A program made the position numbers and the translations under genes. 64,000 nucleotides of DNA. It comes from a virus (lineage: Duplodnaviria > Caudoviricetes). The notes under the pieces are model-generated. The model ran no database searches. It had not been told where the DNA came from and was given only the letters and a program-made list of their open reading frames with translations. Numbering within the stretch: position 1 is the stretch's first letter; each line of letters begins with the position of its first letter. Positions 46,244 through 55,720 of this stretch are shown piece after piece. Location: positions 1,546-65,545 of IMG/VR virus record IMGVR_UViG_2731957839_000001, one strand, 5' to 3'.

Positions 46244-46850
46244 GCCCCGCGCTGAAGTGGCCATTGACCTCGAAACACTGTCCACCTCCCCTGCTGCCAA
46301 ACTGCTGTCGATCGGCGCCGTCGCCGTCTGCGCTGCCACTGGCCAAACGATCAAGTTCTACACCGCCACCAGCGTTGCCTCGCAACCTGTTCGCAAGACC
46401 GACGCCTCGACCCTCGACTGGTGGTCCACGCAAAGCCCCGATGCACGCAAAGCCTTCGACTATGCCCACAGCGACGAATGCCCAACCCTCGCCGAAGGCC
46501 TAACTCAACTGACCGACTGGCTCGGCAAACTGGGCGAGACCCATGACGTGCACGTATGGGGCAACGGCGCGGACTTCGACATCGGCATCCTGAACCACGC
46601 CTACAAGGAAATCAGCCCGTTCGTGCCGTGGTATTTCCGCAACGTCCGCGACATGCGCACGCTGTACGACATCACCAAGCGCTTCGGCCTGGAGATCAAA
46701 GTCCCTCGCGTCGGTACCCACCACAACGCACTGGACGATGCCCAGTTCCAGGCCGATGTGATCATGGAGTCGCTGCGCCAGCTGGACGACCTCGCCTCTC
46801 AACTCCGTGCTGCCGACGCTTTGGCTGCTGAACTGGTCGGGAGCGCGTAA
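46236..46850 (+). CDS. DEDDh 3'-5' exonuclease (DUF5051/Rv2179c-like)
   Basis: IDLETL, WGNGADFD, RDMRTL, HNALDDA. Confidence 0.9.
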   Translation: MSKPRAEVAIDLETLSTSPAAKLLSIGAVAVCAATGQTIKFYTATSVASQPVRKTDASTLDWWSTQSPDARKAFDYAHSDECPTLAEGLTQLTDWLGKLGETHDVHVWGNGADFDIGILNHAYKEISPFVPWYFRNVRDMRTLYDITKRFGLEIKVPRVGTHHNALDDAQFQADVIMESLRQLDDLASQLRAADALAAELVGSA

Positions 46851-47407
46851 TGAACCTGATCGGCCTGATCGGCAAAGCCCGGGTCGGCAAGGACACTGCG
46901 GCCGAGCACCTGCACATGTGGCATATGTTCAACCGTTACGCGTTCGCCGCACCACTCAAGGATATGCTCAGCGCTGCCTTTGGCCACGATATTGGTGAAG
47001 CAGACGGCGCCGCCAAGGAACAAGTGATCGACTGGCTGGGCAAAAGCCCGCGCCAACTGACGCAGCTCCTCGGTACTGAATGGGGTCGCAACTGCGTCCA
47101 CCCCCAACTGTGGACACTACTTGCCGAACAACAGTGGATTCACTGCCAACGTGGCCTTTCCCACGGCCTGGTGATCAGCGACGTTCGCTTCGACAACGAG
47201 GCCGAATGGATTCTCCAGCAGGGCGGCACCCTGATCGAGATCACCCGCGGCACCGCCGCCCCAGTGAACGCCCACGCCAGCGAAGCCGGCGTCCACTTAC
47301 GCTATCCCCGGTTCATGGTCAGCAACGACGGCACCCTCGACGAGCTGTATAGCGAACTCGATCGCATCGTTTTTCTGCTGCCCACCAATACACGCATTGC
47401 GTCTTAA
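46850..47407 (+). CDS. Deoxynucleoside monophosphate kinase
   Basis: GKARVGKDT P-loop, FAAPLK, RQLTQLLGTEWGR, ISDVRFDNE, HASE. Confidence 0.9.
   Translation: MNLIGLIGKARVGKDTAAEHLHMWHMFNRYAFAAPLKDMLSAAFGHDIGEADGAAKEQVIDWLGKSPRQLTQLLGTEWGRNCVHPQLWTLLAEQQWIHCQRGLSHGLVISDVRFDNEAEWILQQGGTLIEITRGTAAPVNAHASEAGVHLRYPRFMVSNDGTLDELYSELDRIVFLLPTNTRIAS
47387..47407. promoter_or_regulatory. Palindromic operator-like site 12
   Basis: AATACACGCATTGCGTCTTAA in the last codons of the kinase, next to the GGAG RBS. Confidence 0.75.
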
Positions 47408-47419
47408 ATGGAGACCTGC

Positions 47420-48310
47420 ATGAAATCGAAAGCATTGTTGATCATCGCCCTGTTGGGCGCTTCGGCTCTGGCCCACGCGGCTGCCCCGGCCTCCCTGAAC
47501 TTCTGCTCCGGCGGCAAGGGCGGTTTCTACGAATCGTTGGCCGAGACAATCGGCAAGAAGATCGTCAAGGACACCCCCACTGAACTGCACGTCCTCAACA
47601 CCGGCGGCTCGGTGGAGAACGCGCAGAAGATGAAGGCCGGCAAGTGCGACATCGCCGTCATTCAGGCCGACGTAGTCAGCTCCGGCGTGTTGCCCAATGA
47701 CGTCAAGGTCACTGACGCACACACCGAAGTGGTCTATTGGCTGCACGGCAAGAGCGGTGTCGACGACTTCGGCAAGATGGAAAAGGACTCGATCGCTGCC
47801 AAGTACGCCTTCGCCTCGGTGCAGGGCTCCGGCGCCCTTACCACGGTGAAGAACTGGATCAAGACCGACAAGGATTACGAGGGCGCCCGCGTCATCGAGT
47901 TCGACAACTGGTACAGCGCGGCGGAAGCCGTGGCCCAGGGCTTCACCACCACCGAAGCCGGTGTGCGCATCGAGATCGCCGGCATGCTGTACATCGGCCG
48001 CGCCGGCAAGATCAGCTCGGACATCACCGAGGACTTCGGTACCCAGATCCTGATCGGTGAGGTCAACGACGATTCCTTCGCCAATAGCAAGGACATCAAC
48101 GGCAACCCGCTGTACAGCCATTGCGACATCGACAAGCTCGGCATGTCCGGCTTGGAGAGTTCGACCATGGGCAAGCCCGATACCTACTGCGTCCGCGCCC
48201 AGCTGGTCTACAACAACGCCTGGCACCAAGGCCTTTCGGCGGATGACCAACGTGACGTGCGCCGAGCCGTCGACAAAGGCATCAACAGCACCGTGAAAGC
48301 GGTTCGCTGA
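47420..48310 (+). CDS. TAXI-type periplasmic solute-binding-like protein
   Basis: Signal peptide; SGGKGGFY, NTGGSVEN, CDIAVIQAD, HTEVVY, GSGALTT. Confidence 0.75.
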   Translation: MKSKALLIIALLGASALAHAAAPASLNFCSGGKGGFYESLAETIGKKIVKDTPTELHVLNTGGSVENAQKMKAGKCDIAVIQADVVSSGVLPNDVKVTDAHTEVVYWLHGKSGVDDFGKMEKDSIAAKYAFASVQGSGALTTVKNWIKTDKDYEGARVIEFDNWYSAAEAVAQGFTTTEAGVRIEIAGMLYIGRAGKISSDITEDFGTQILIGEVNDDSFANSKDINGNPLYSHCDIDKLGMSGLESSTMGKPDTYCVRAQLVYNNAWHQGLSADDQRDVRRAVDKGINSTVKAVR

Positions 48311-48311
48311 C

Positions 48312-48467
48312 ATGTGGCGCCTCTACACGCTGCTGCTGATCGTGGGCCTGTCACTGGGCGCCTCGATCGCGCTGCATGTGATCTCGATCTTGTACGGCGC
48401 CGGCGTCGTCACCGGCCTGCTCCTCGCCGCCCTGATCTGGTTTCGCGCCGCCCGCCACCGACGATAA
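48312..48467 (+). CDS. Small two-TM membrane protein (51 aa, not in ORF track)
   Basis: Read manually: MWRLYTLLLIVGLSLGASIALHVISILYGAGVVTGLLLAALIWFRAARHRR. Confidence 0.6.
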   Translation: MWRLYTLLLIVGLSLGASIALHVISILYGAGVVTGLLLAALIWFRAARHRR

Positions 48468-48510
48468 CCCCGACCGGGGCCACGCGCCCCGGTGTCTTTT
48501 GGAGATCCAC

Positions 48511-48813
48511 ATGGACAAGCAAATCAACCACCTCATGGCGTTTGCCGAACGACTCCTGCTGCGCGACGACATCAACGAACTGACCCAGGCTCTGGAACAC
48601 GGTGTGCTCGCCGAGTGCGAATGCGACGCCGATGCCATCGCCGTCCTGTCCGTCAACTTCGCCTCCTTCGTCATGAGCCTGGGCAAATCGCCTCGGGAAC
48701 TCAACAGCATCACCGCCCTGGTCGGCCAGCTCGTCAACGGCATTGCCCAGAACCGCCACCGCCAACTCATGGGCCAGTGCGACTACGTCATGCCCTCCGC
48801 GACGGTGCACTGA
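48511..48813 (+). CDS. Hypothetical protein
   Basis: GGAG RBS; 100 aa. Confidence 0.6.
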   Translation: MDKQINHLMAFAERLLLRDDINELTQALEHGVLAECECDADAIAVLSVNFASFVMSLGKSPRELNSITALVGQLVNGIAQNRHRQLMGQCDYVMPSATVH

Positions 48814-48814
48814 T

Positions 48815-49966
48815 ATGAAGATCCTTGGCGAAGACTACCTGCTGGTGACCTTGGACTTCGAGTCCTACTACGGCACCGGCTGCACCCTGACCAGCCTCAA
48901 CACGTTCCAGTACCTGAACCACCCCGAGTTCACCATCCACGGCGTGGGTGTGCAGCTCGACGATGGCCCAAGGCAATGGTTCCGCGACACGGCTGATGCC
49001 ATCGCCTACATCGAGGACGAGGCCTGCGACACGCTGATCGCGCTGCTGTGCCAGAACACCCAGTTCGACGGCATGATCCTCCACCACTTCTACGACTGGC
49101 ACCCCGACCTGTACCTGGACACCCAGTGCATGTCCAAAGGCCTGTTCCCGACCGAGTCGGCCAGCCTGGAGAAACTCTGCGAGCGGCTATGGCCCAACGA
49201 CCTGTCGATGCGCAAGGGCAAGGAGCTGGTGCAGTTCCGTAACGTCACGACTCAACAGTTGTATGCCAGCGAAGCGATGCTCGCGGCGATGATCAAATAT
49301 TGCATAGGAAACGACAAGAAAGACCAAGGCGACGTAGGGCTGACCTACGAGGCTTTTCTGCGCATGGAGCCTCATTATCCCGATGATGAGCTGCGCTTGA
49401 TCGACCTGCACATCCGGATGATGTGCAACCCAATTTTCACACTCAACAAGGACCTGGTCCAAGAGTGTTACGACGAAGGCGTGGAGAAACGCAACGCGCT
49501 TCTCAAAGCCGCCGGCGTCGCCACCACCACCCTGAGCTCCGACACCAAGTTCGCCGCCTACGTGCGCGACAAGTTGGGCATCACTCTGCCGATGAAGCCG
49601 TCACCCACAGTCAAGATCAAAGTCCTCGATGCCGAGGGCCGCGAGACCGGTGAGGAAGTGCCGAAGATGATCCCGGCATTGGGCAAAGCTGACATGGGCT
49701 TTCAGGAAATGCGCGCGCACCACAAGGAGCACGAGCACATCTGGGCAGGACGTGTGGCGGCCAAGTCCACCGGCGAGATCACCCGTGCCGAACGCTTCCT
49801 GGAAACCGCCGACCAGTGCCACGGGATGATGCCGGTGTGCCTGAACTACTATGGCGCCCACACCGGTCGCAGCTCAGGTACCGAGAAACTCAACCAGCAG
49901 AACCTGCGCCGCGGCTCCAAGCTGCGCCGGTCGCTCAGCGTACGCACAAGGCAGGTGGCGGTATGA
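48815..49966 (+). CDS. Family A DNA polymerase, N-terminal part (3'-5' exonuclease + thumb)
   Basis: LDFESYY ExoI, QNTQFD ExoII, YC...DV ExoIII; YYGAHTGRSSG...NQQNL. Confidence 0.85.
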   Translation: MKILGEDYLLVTLDFESYYGTGCTLTSLNTFQYLNHPEFTIHGVGVQLDDGPRQWFRDTADAIAYIEDEACDTLIALLCQNTQFDGMILHHFYDWHPDLYLDTQCMSKGLFPTESASLEKLCERLWPNDLSMRKGKELVQFRNVTTQQLYASEAMLAAMIKYCIGNDKKDQGDVGLTYEAFLRMEPHYPDDELRLIDLHIRMMCNPIFTLNKDLVQECYDEGVEKRNALLKAAGVATTTLSSDTKFAAYVRDKLGITLPMKPSPTVKIKVLDAEGRETGEEVPKMIPALGKADMGFQEMRAHHKEHEHIWAGRVAAKSTGEITRAERFLETADQCHGMMPVCLNYYGAHTGRSSGTEKLNQQNLRRGSKLRRSLSVRTRQVAV

Positions 49967-50883
49967 CCGTTCAATTCGATCCCACATTGGTAGCCGACGC
50001 CACCCGCACCGCCATTACCGGCGACCAGCTGGTGTACGTGGTCGACTCCTCTAACATCGAGGCACGGGTATTGGCTTGGGTGGCCGGTCACCAGACCCTA
50101 CTCCAGCAGTTCCGCGACAAGGAAGACGTGTACATCAACTTCGCCACGAAGGTGTACCAGCGTCCGCTGACCAAGAAACTCAACCCGCTGGAACGCCACG
50201 TCGGCAAAACCTGCGTACTTGGCCTGGGCTTTCAGGTCGGCTGGAAAAAGCTGCAATCGTCCCTGGCCACCAACGACCAGTTCCCGATGTACATCGAGGA
50301 GCCGGACTGCCGGCACATGGTCAACCTGTACCGGGCTGACAACGCGCCCATCGTCAATTACTGGGCAGAGGCCGAGCTCGCGATCTTCGACATGTTCATG
50401 GGCAACGAGCGCCAATGGGGTGCCCTGCGTATCTACAAGAACGCGCTGATCATGCCTAACGGCATGGCGTTGCAGTATCCGCACCTGCGCCACTCCGAAC
50501 CGGATGAACAGGGTCGCATCGGCTGGGAATACTGGAACGGCAAGTTCTTCACCAACCTCTACGGCGGCAAGCTGACGGAAAACATCGTGCAGGCGCTGTC
50601 GCGCATTGTGCTGTTCCGCCAGATGCTCAAGATCGACACCCTGCTCATGTCCCGCGGCGGTCGCGTCGCGCTATCAGTGCACGACGAAGTGGTCGGGGTC
50701 GGCCCGAGCTTCGGTGCCCTTTACCTGGGCGTCGGTGCCGATGGCAAAGAGATCTGGTACGACACCAAAGGCGCCGATGAAGTGTTCGCCGACATGGTCG
50801 GCATCATGCGTACCCCTGAACCCTGGTGCCTCGACCTGCCGCTGGATGGTGAAGGCGGCTACGCCTTCGAATACAGCAAATAG
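49963..50883 (+). CDS. Family A DNA polymerase, C-terminal part (palm/fingers)
   Basis: DSSNIEARVLAW motif A, RHVGKTCVLGLGF motif B, ENIVQA, VHDEV motif C; own RBS and ATGA overlap. Confidence 0.85.
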   Translation: MTVQFDPTLVADATRTAITGDQLVYVVDSSNIEARVLAWVAGHQTLLQQFRDKEDVYINFATKVYQRPLTKKLNPLERHVGKTCVLGLGFQVGWKKLQSSLATNDQFPMYIEEPDCRHMVNLYRADNAPIVNYWAEAELAIFDMFMGNERQWGALRIYKNALIMPNGMALQYPHLRHSEPDEQGRIGWEYWNGKFFTNLYGGKLTENIVQALSRIVLFRQMLKIDTLLMSRGGRVALSVHDEVVGVGPSFGALYLGVGADGKEIWYDTKGADEVFADMVGIMRTPEPWCLDLPLDGEGGYAFEYSK

Positions 50884-50921
50884 TTCTCACGGGCGGTGGA
50901 CTTGGGCAGCCGCCGCTCGTA

Positions 50922-50942
50922 TATACTCGCACTGCGATTAAT
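50922..50942. promoter_or_regulatory. Palindromic operator-like site 13 (before primase-helicase)
   Basis: TATACTCGCACTGCGATTAAT between TATACT and the GGAG RBS. Confidence 0.7.
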
Positions 50943-50952
50943 TGGAGCCCCC

Positions 50953-53451
50953 ATGACAATTCCACTGACCTTCCTTGAGCCCGCGCCAGGACTGCGACTC
51001 GCCAAGGTGATTTCCCAGGATGGCTCAACTCCGTACCCGAAAGCCCGCGTCTTCACCAGCCACACTCACTACCTCGCCCCCAACGAGGACGGTGTGCGCG
51101 AAGCTTTCGAGCACTTTCAGGCCCACGCCCTACGCGGCCACGCACTGATCAAAGGAATTCTCAAGACTGCGCTGATCAACGAACCGCGCCGGGGGCAAAC
51201 CGACACCAACGCCCCAACCAATCTGCTGGTGATCGACCTCGATGACTACATCCCCGAGGTCCTGCTGCCGGCCAACGTTACCACTGCGGATCTCGCCGCC
51301 ACTGCCCGTGCCGTGCGTGCCCTGCTTCCAGCGCCGCTGAACACCACCGCGTGCATTGCCAACGCCTCTGCATCCACCGGCCACAAGCCGGGTGGCGTCA
51401 TCGGCCTGCACCTGTTCTTCCTGCTCGACAAGCCGGTGCCACCGAGCCAGCTCAGCCACTGGCTGACCGGCTTGAACTTCGGCATCGAATCGTTCCGCGG
51501 TCAGACCAAGCTCAACCGCTCGGGCATTTCCGTGAAGTGGGTCTGCGATCCGGTGGTCTCGCGCAACGCCCAGATCGTCTACATCGCCCCGCCTGAATTG
51601 CGCGGCGTCAGTGATCCGTTCGCCACCCCTGCTGACCGCTGGGCGGTGATCGATGGCGAGCAATGGACCTGCGACATCCAGCCGCTGCTGCTCGACACCG
51701 TGCCGAGCGTGATCCAGCAGCACGCCGAGCGCCTGCTCAATGACCTGCGTAAAACCGCCGGCCTGAAGAAGATGACCCCCAACTACCGCCGCATGGTGGT
51801 GAACGGGGAAACCCTGCAAGTGCTGACCAATCCGGACCAGATGCAATTGGTCCTGACCCGGCACACCGACACCCACGCCTACTGGAACATCAACGGCGGC
51901 GACAGCAACGCCTACTGGAACCCGATCGGCAACCCCGAGATCATCTACAACTTCAAGGGCGAGCCACCGTTCGAGCTGCGTCGGGCCAACGAGGAGACCT
52001 ACAACTGGTACTGCGAGAAATTCAAGACGCAGATCCGCGAAGTCAGCGACCCTCGCCCTTTGGCCTTCCGCGACCAGGCCACCGACCAGCACTACGCCGT
52101 TGAGTACAACCCACGCGACGATCGCCTGCTTCGTTGCAACAAGATCCAGAAGCAGAACATCGCCGACTGGTGCGCCGGTTACGGCATGCCGATGCCCGAC
52201 CCGATCCCCAACTGGGACATCGAGTTCAACCCACAGTCGACGACGGTGATCGACTGGGATAACCAGCGCCTCAACCAGTTCCAGGCCACCGACCTGCTGC
52301 GCAACCCGCCGCCCGTCATGCCCGCCTACGCCGGTCGCAAGATTGGTGAGGCGCAAGCTGCTCTGCGTCAGTTGTGCCCGGCCATCCACCGCGTGCTGTT
52401 CCACATCTGTGGCAGTGCCGAGACCGAGTTCGAATGGTTCGTCAACTGGTTGGCCTACACCATCCAGACGCGCGAGAAAGCCATGACCGCTTGGATCTTC
52501 AGCGGCGTCCCGGGCACCGGTAAGGGCATTTTCTTCGAGCGCATCCTGCGCCCGCTGATCGGCGCCGCTTACGCCACGCGCAAGCGCCTCGATCACCTGG
52601 AGGAGCAGTTCAACGCCTACCTGCAACAGACGCTGTTTCTGGTCTACGACGAGTTCCGCCTCAACGACTCGGCGCAGAGCGGCAAGCTGCTCAACAAGCT
52701 CAAGGACGAAATCACCGGGGCCACTTCCAACATCCGCGCCATGCGCACCGACACGGCTGAAGTGGCGAACTACACCAACTACATCTTCTTCTCCAACCAT
52801 CTGGACGTGATCCGAATCGAAGAAGGTGACCGGCGCTTCAATATCGCTCCACCGCAGTTGCTCCCCTTGCGTTCCATCTGGCCGGAAATCACTGCCCAGT
52901 TGGGTCGCATCGACGATGAAATCGGTACCTTCGCCGGGTTCCTGATGTCCTACGCCGCCTGTGAAAACAGCGCCAAGACCTGCATCGAGAACCAAGCCAA
53001 AGCCACGATGAAACGCTCGGCGATGCAATACAACGAGCGCTTCTGCATGGCTGCCAAGCACGGCGAATTCGATTACTTCCTCGATGTACTCGACCTCGAT
53101 ATTGCCAACGACCTGACCCGCTCAACGCAGATCACCACCGCACAGAAGTACATCAAGCACTGGGCCAAACAGATCGGCCAAGGCCCGTGCCGGGTGCCGA
53201 TCAGCGACCTGCTCACTGTGTACCTAGCCCTCGGCGACATCCAGGCCAACAAGATGAGCCAGAAGAAACTCACCCTGCTGCTCGGACGCAACGACCTGCA
53301 CGTCGAGCGCGTGCGCGTCGGCGGCGAACGCACTCCCTGCATCACCACCACCTGGTACTCCAGCGAACTCAGCGCTGACGAGATCCAGGACGTGATTGGT
53401 CCGCAGAACACCCCCGCGCATGAACAGTTCGCCACGCCCACTCACCATTAA
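50953..53451 (+). CDS. Primase-helicase (AEP-like N-terminus, DUF5906/SF3-type helicase)
   Basis: VIDLDD and GLHLFF primase motifs; GVPGTGKG, LVYDE, FFSN, DRRF. Confidence 0.85.
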   Translation: MTIPLTFLEPAPGLRLAKVISQDGSTPYPKARVFTSHTHYLAPNEDGVREAFEHFQAHALRGHALIKGILKTALINEPRRGQTDTNAPTNLLVIDLDDYIPEVLLPANVTTADLAATARAVRALLPAPLNTTACIANASASTGHKPGGVIGLHLFFLLDKPVPPSQLSHWLTGLNFGIESFRGQTKLNRSGISVKWVCDPVVSRNAQIVYIAPPELRGVSDPFATPADRWAVIDGEQWTCDIQPLLLDTVPSVIQQHAERLLNDLRKTAGLKKMTPNYRRMVVNGETLQVLTNPDQMQLVLTRHTDTHAYWNINGGDSNAYWNPIGNPEIIYNFKGEPPFELRRANEETYNWYCEKFKTQIREVSDPRPLAFRDQATDQHYAVEYNPRDDRLLRCNKIQKQNIADWCAGYGMPMPDPIPNWDIEFNPQSTTVIDWDNQRLNQFQATDLLRNPPPVMPAYAGRKIGEAQAALRQLCPAIHRVLFHICGSAETEFEWFVNWLAYTIQTREKAMTAWIFSGVPGTGKGIFFERILRPLIGAAYATRKRLDHLEEQFNAYLQQTLFLVYDEFRLNDSAQSGKLLNKLKDEITGATSNIRAMRTDTAEVANYTNYIFFSNHLDVIRIEEGDRRFNIAPPQLLPLRSIWPEITAQLGRIDDEIGTFAGFLMSYAACENSAKTCIENQAKATMKRSAMQYNERFCMAAKHGEFDYFLDVLDLDIANDLTRSTQITTAQKYIKHWAKQIGQGPCRVPISDLLTVYLALGDIQANKMSQKKLTLLLGRNDLHVERVRVGGERTPCITTTWYSSELSADEIQDVIGPQNTPAHEQFATPTHH

Positions 53452-53461
53452 GGAATTCACC

Positions 53462-53632
53462 ATGGAACGCCAACTGACGGAAGAAGCGCAGGACGAGCGC
53501 GACGACTACGAGCGGTACCGCCGCGATTACGGTGGCTGCTCTTGCCACCTCAACCCACCGTGTGGCTGCTGCACCCATCCGGGCAACCCGCTGAATCAGG
53601 AAGACGATTCCTGCTGGATCGAGGTGGACTGA
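53462..53632 (+). CDS. Small Cys-rich protein
   Basis: GCSCHLNPPCGCC motif; AAGGA RBS. Confidence 0.65.
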   Translation: MERQLTEEAQDERDDYERYRRDYGGCSCHLNPPCGCCTHPGNPLNQEDDSCWIEVD

Positions 53633-53633
53633 C

Positions 53634-54503
53634 ATGACCGAAAAAGTCGCGTTTAACCCCGCGGCTTTCGGCGCTTCGCGCGTCGAGAAGCCTGCACCTG
53701 CGGTCCATGTCCCGGACACCTTGGCCTTCAACCCGCAAGCGATCAATCAGCGCCTGCAAGTCGAGCGCCAGTCGATCGTTGATCTACGCACCGCACCACT
53801 CGGCCCGGTCGGGCAGTGGTCGATGAGCCGGCTGTTCGAGTTCGAGAACTGCCCGCATGCCGTGTACCTGGGCAAAGTCATGAAGATGCCAACGCCCAGC
53901 GGCCCGGCAGCGGATCGCGGCACCCAAGTGCACAACCACATCGAAGGCTACATCCAAGGCGAACACGCCGACGTCATCAAGGAAATGAACGGCTTCATCA
54001 AGCTGATCGACCTGTTGCGCGACGAGTTCATCGAGGGTCGGGTGGAAGTTGAAGGCGACTGGGCCTACGACCGCAACTGGACAACCACCGGCTGGACCGA
54101 CAAGGACTGCTGGGCACGGATGAAGCTCGATGCCCTGTGGCATGAGTCGGACACCAGTGCCGACATCATCGACTGGAAGACCGGCCGCAAGTTCGGCAAC
54201 GAACTCAAGCACAACCAACAGGGCATGGGCTACGCCATCGGTGCATTCCACCGCTATCCCAACCTGCAATTCGTCAACGTCAAGTTCGCCTACCTCGACA
54301 AGAGTGACGAACTGATCGGCAGCTACACCCGCAAACAGGCCGAGCTGCTCCAGCCGATGCTCACCGAGCGTGCCGACAAGATGACCACCTGCACTGACTT
54401 CGCGCCCAAGCCGAGCTTCAGCGCCTGCCGTTGGTGTGCGCACAAAAACGTCCAGGAAGGCTTCGACGAGCCGGCCTGCAAATACAGCTACGAGGGAATC
54501 TGA
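53634..54503 (+). CDS. PD-(D/E)xK exonuclease (RecB/Cas4-like)
   Basis: WSMSRLFEFENCP, RGTQVH, KLD...IIDWKTG, CRWC. Confidence 0.88.
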   Translation: MTEKVAFNPAAFGASRVEKPAPAVHVPDTLAFNPQAINQRLQVERQSIVDLRTAPLGPVGQWSMSRLFEFENCPHAVYLGKVMKMPTPSGPAADRGTQVHNHIEGYIQGEHADVIKEMNGFIKLIDLLRDEFIEGRVEVEGDWAYDRNWTTTGWTDKDCWARMKLDALWHESDTSADIIDWKTGRKFGNELKHNQQGMGYAIGAFHRYPNLQFVNVKFAYLDKSDELIGSYTRKQAELLQPMLTERADKMTTCTDFAPKPSFSACRWCAHKNVQEGFDEPACKYSYEGI

Positions 54504-54505
54504 TC

Positions 54506-54946
54506 ATGAAAACGTTCACCCCGAACGACAGCGACGCGATGTGTGACGCCACCAACGGAATCTTCCGAACGCTCGCAATAGCGGCGGAAGGCTACGTCTT
54601 CCACACCGCTGGCAAAAACTCCGACGAGTACCGGGGTGGCAGCTGGGCCTTCACCACCAACGACAACGACACCCTCGGCTTCTGGTATCCGCTCGATCAG
54701 GCCACTTATCCGGTGGCCTGCGAGAACTACTACGAAAACCTCGCCATGGACGCCAAGTCGTTCGGCGCCGCCTGCACGCTGATCGCCATCAACCGACTGG
54801 CGTGGAAGTTCCACGAGGCTGGCCAGCCCGCGTTATCCAAAGAGGCCAGCAACCTGTACCACGCCCTGCGCAACTGGATCTTCGATCTGGGCGAAGGCGA
54901 CACCCCTTTCATCAACTCCGCAGCCGTTGCCGGCTTCATTGACTGA
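54506..54946 (+). CDS. Antirestriction protein, ArdB/KlcA family
   Basis: EGYVF...YRGGSWAF...GFWYP...SFGAACTL...YHALR...FID C-terminus. Confidence 0.8.
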   Translation: MKTFTPNDSDAMCDATNGIFRTLAIAAEGYVFHTAGKNSDEYRGGSWAFTTNDNDTLGFWYPLDQATYPVACENYYENLAMDAKSFGAACTLIAINRLAWKFHEAGQPALSKEASNLYHALRNWIFDLGEGDTPFINSAAVAGFID

Positions 54947-54956
54947 GACCCCCACT

Positions 54957-55505
54957 ATGCAAAGCACTTACCTTTCGCTCGCCATGCGCACCAACAGCAC
55001 TGTTGTCGGCACCCACGGCCTTGTTTCCGCCGACCTGCTGCACGCCGCGCTGGGCTTGGCCGATGAGCACCACGAATACCACACCGCCAGCTCCTGGCTG
55101 AATGCCGTCGAGGAGCTGGGCGACCTGTGCTGGTTCATCGCCTTGGCCGCCAAGGAACTGAACTGCGATCCGTTCGAGAGCCTGGAGCGCTTCAGTCGTT
55201 TCAACCCACAGCTGCCGGTGCTGGCCGAGACCGTGGGCGAATTCATTTCCTTGGTGAAGAAGTCCTTCGCCTACGGCGCACCGCTGGACGCCACCCGCCT
55301 GCGCTACCTGCTGTCCTCGATGGTCGTACGGATTCAGGCCATTGCCGAGGCCAAGAGCGATCGCACCCTCGACGAGCTGCTGGCCGGCAACATCGCCAAG
55401 CTGCAAGCGCGCTACCCGGACAAGTTCACCGCCGATGCGGCCCTGAACCGCAGCGTGCGTACCGAGGCGAGCGCCCTACGCACCGAGCTGGGGACGATGC
55501 TGTGA
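54957..55505 (+). CDS. MazG-like nucleotide pyrophosphohydrolase
   Basis: LLHAALGLADE, EELGDLCWF, NIAKLQARYPDKF. Confidence 0.82.
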   Translation: MQSTYLSLAMRTNSTVVGTHGLVSADLLHAALGLADEHHEYHTASSWLNAVEELGDLCWFIALAAKELNCDPFESLERFSRFNPQLPVLAETVGEFISLVKKSFAYGAPLDATRLRYLLSSMVVRIQAIAEAKSDRTLDELLAGNIAKLQARYPDKFTADAALNRSVRTEASALRTELGTML

Positions 55506-55720
55506 TCGACCCTAACAACATCCCCGGCGACCTGGTGGTCGCCGTCCAGCTGCTCACCCAAGTATGGAACGACCATCAGGTGCCAACCGGCACCATCATC
55601 GGCGGCTTCATGACCGTTGAAACCGCGCAGATGCACGCCCAACGCCGGCTGGACAAGTTCATTGCCCAGCTCGAAGCCGCCGGCGTCCACATCGAAATGG
55701 CCCCGAAGGAGGCGACATGA
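55502..55720 (+). CDS. Hypothetical protein
   Basis: GTGA and ATGA overlaps on both sides. Confidence 0.5.
   Translation: MIDPNNIPGDLVVAVQLLTQVWNDHQVPTGTIIGGFMTVETAQMHAQRRLDKFIAQLEAAGVHIEMAPKEAT

Noticed and set aside
51130-53061. 643-aa minus-strand ORF and similar ones at 39204-40208, 40784-41884 and 47297-48313
   Set aside because: Antisense to genes with clear family motifs
53634-54503. Cas4-like nuclease as a sign of CRISPR
   Set aside because: No repeat-spacer array or other cas genes; standard phage replication exonuclease
46236-55505. Modified-base DNA pathway (dNMP kinase, MazG, PolA)
   Set aside because: No base-synthesis enzyme (PurZ, Que, thymidylate-synthase-like) recognised
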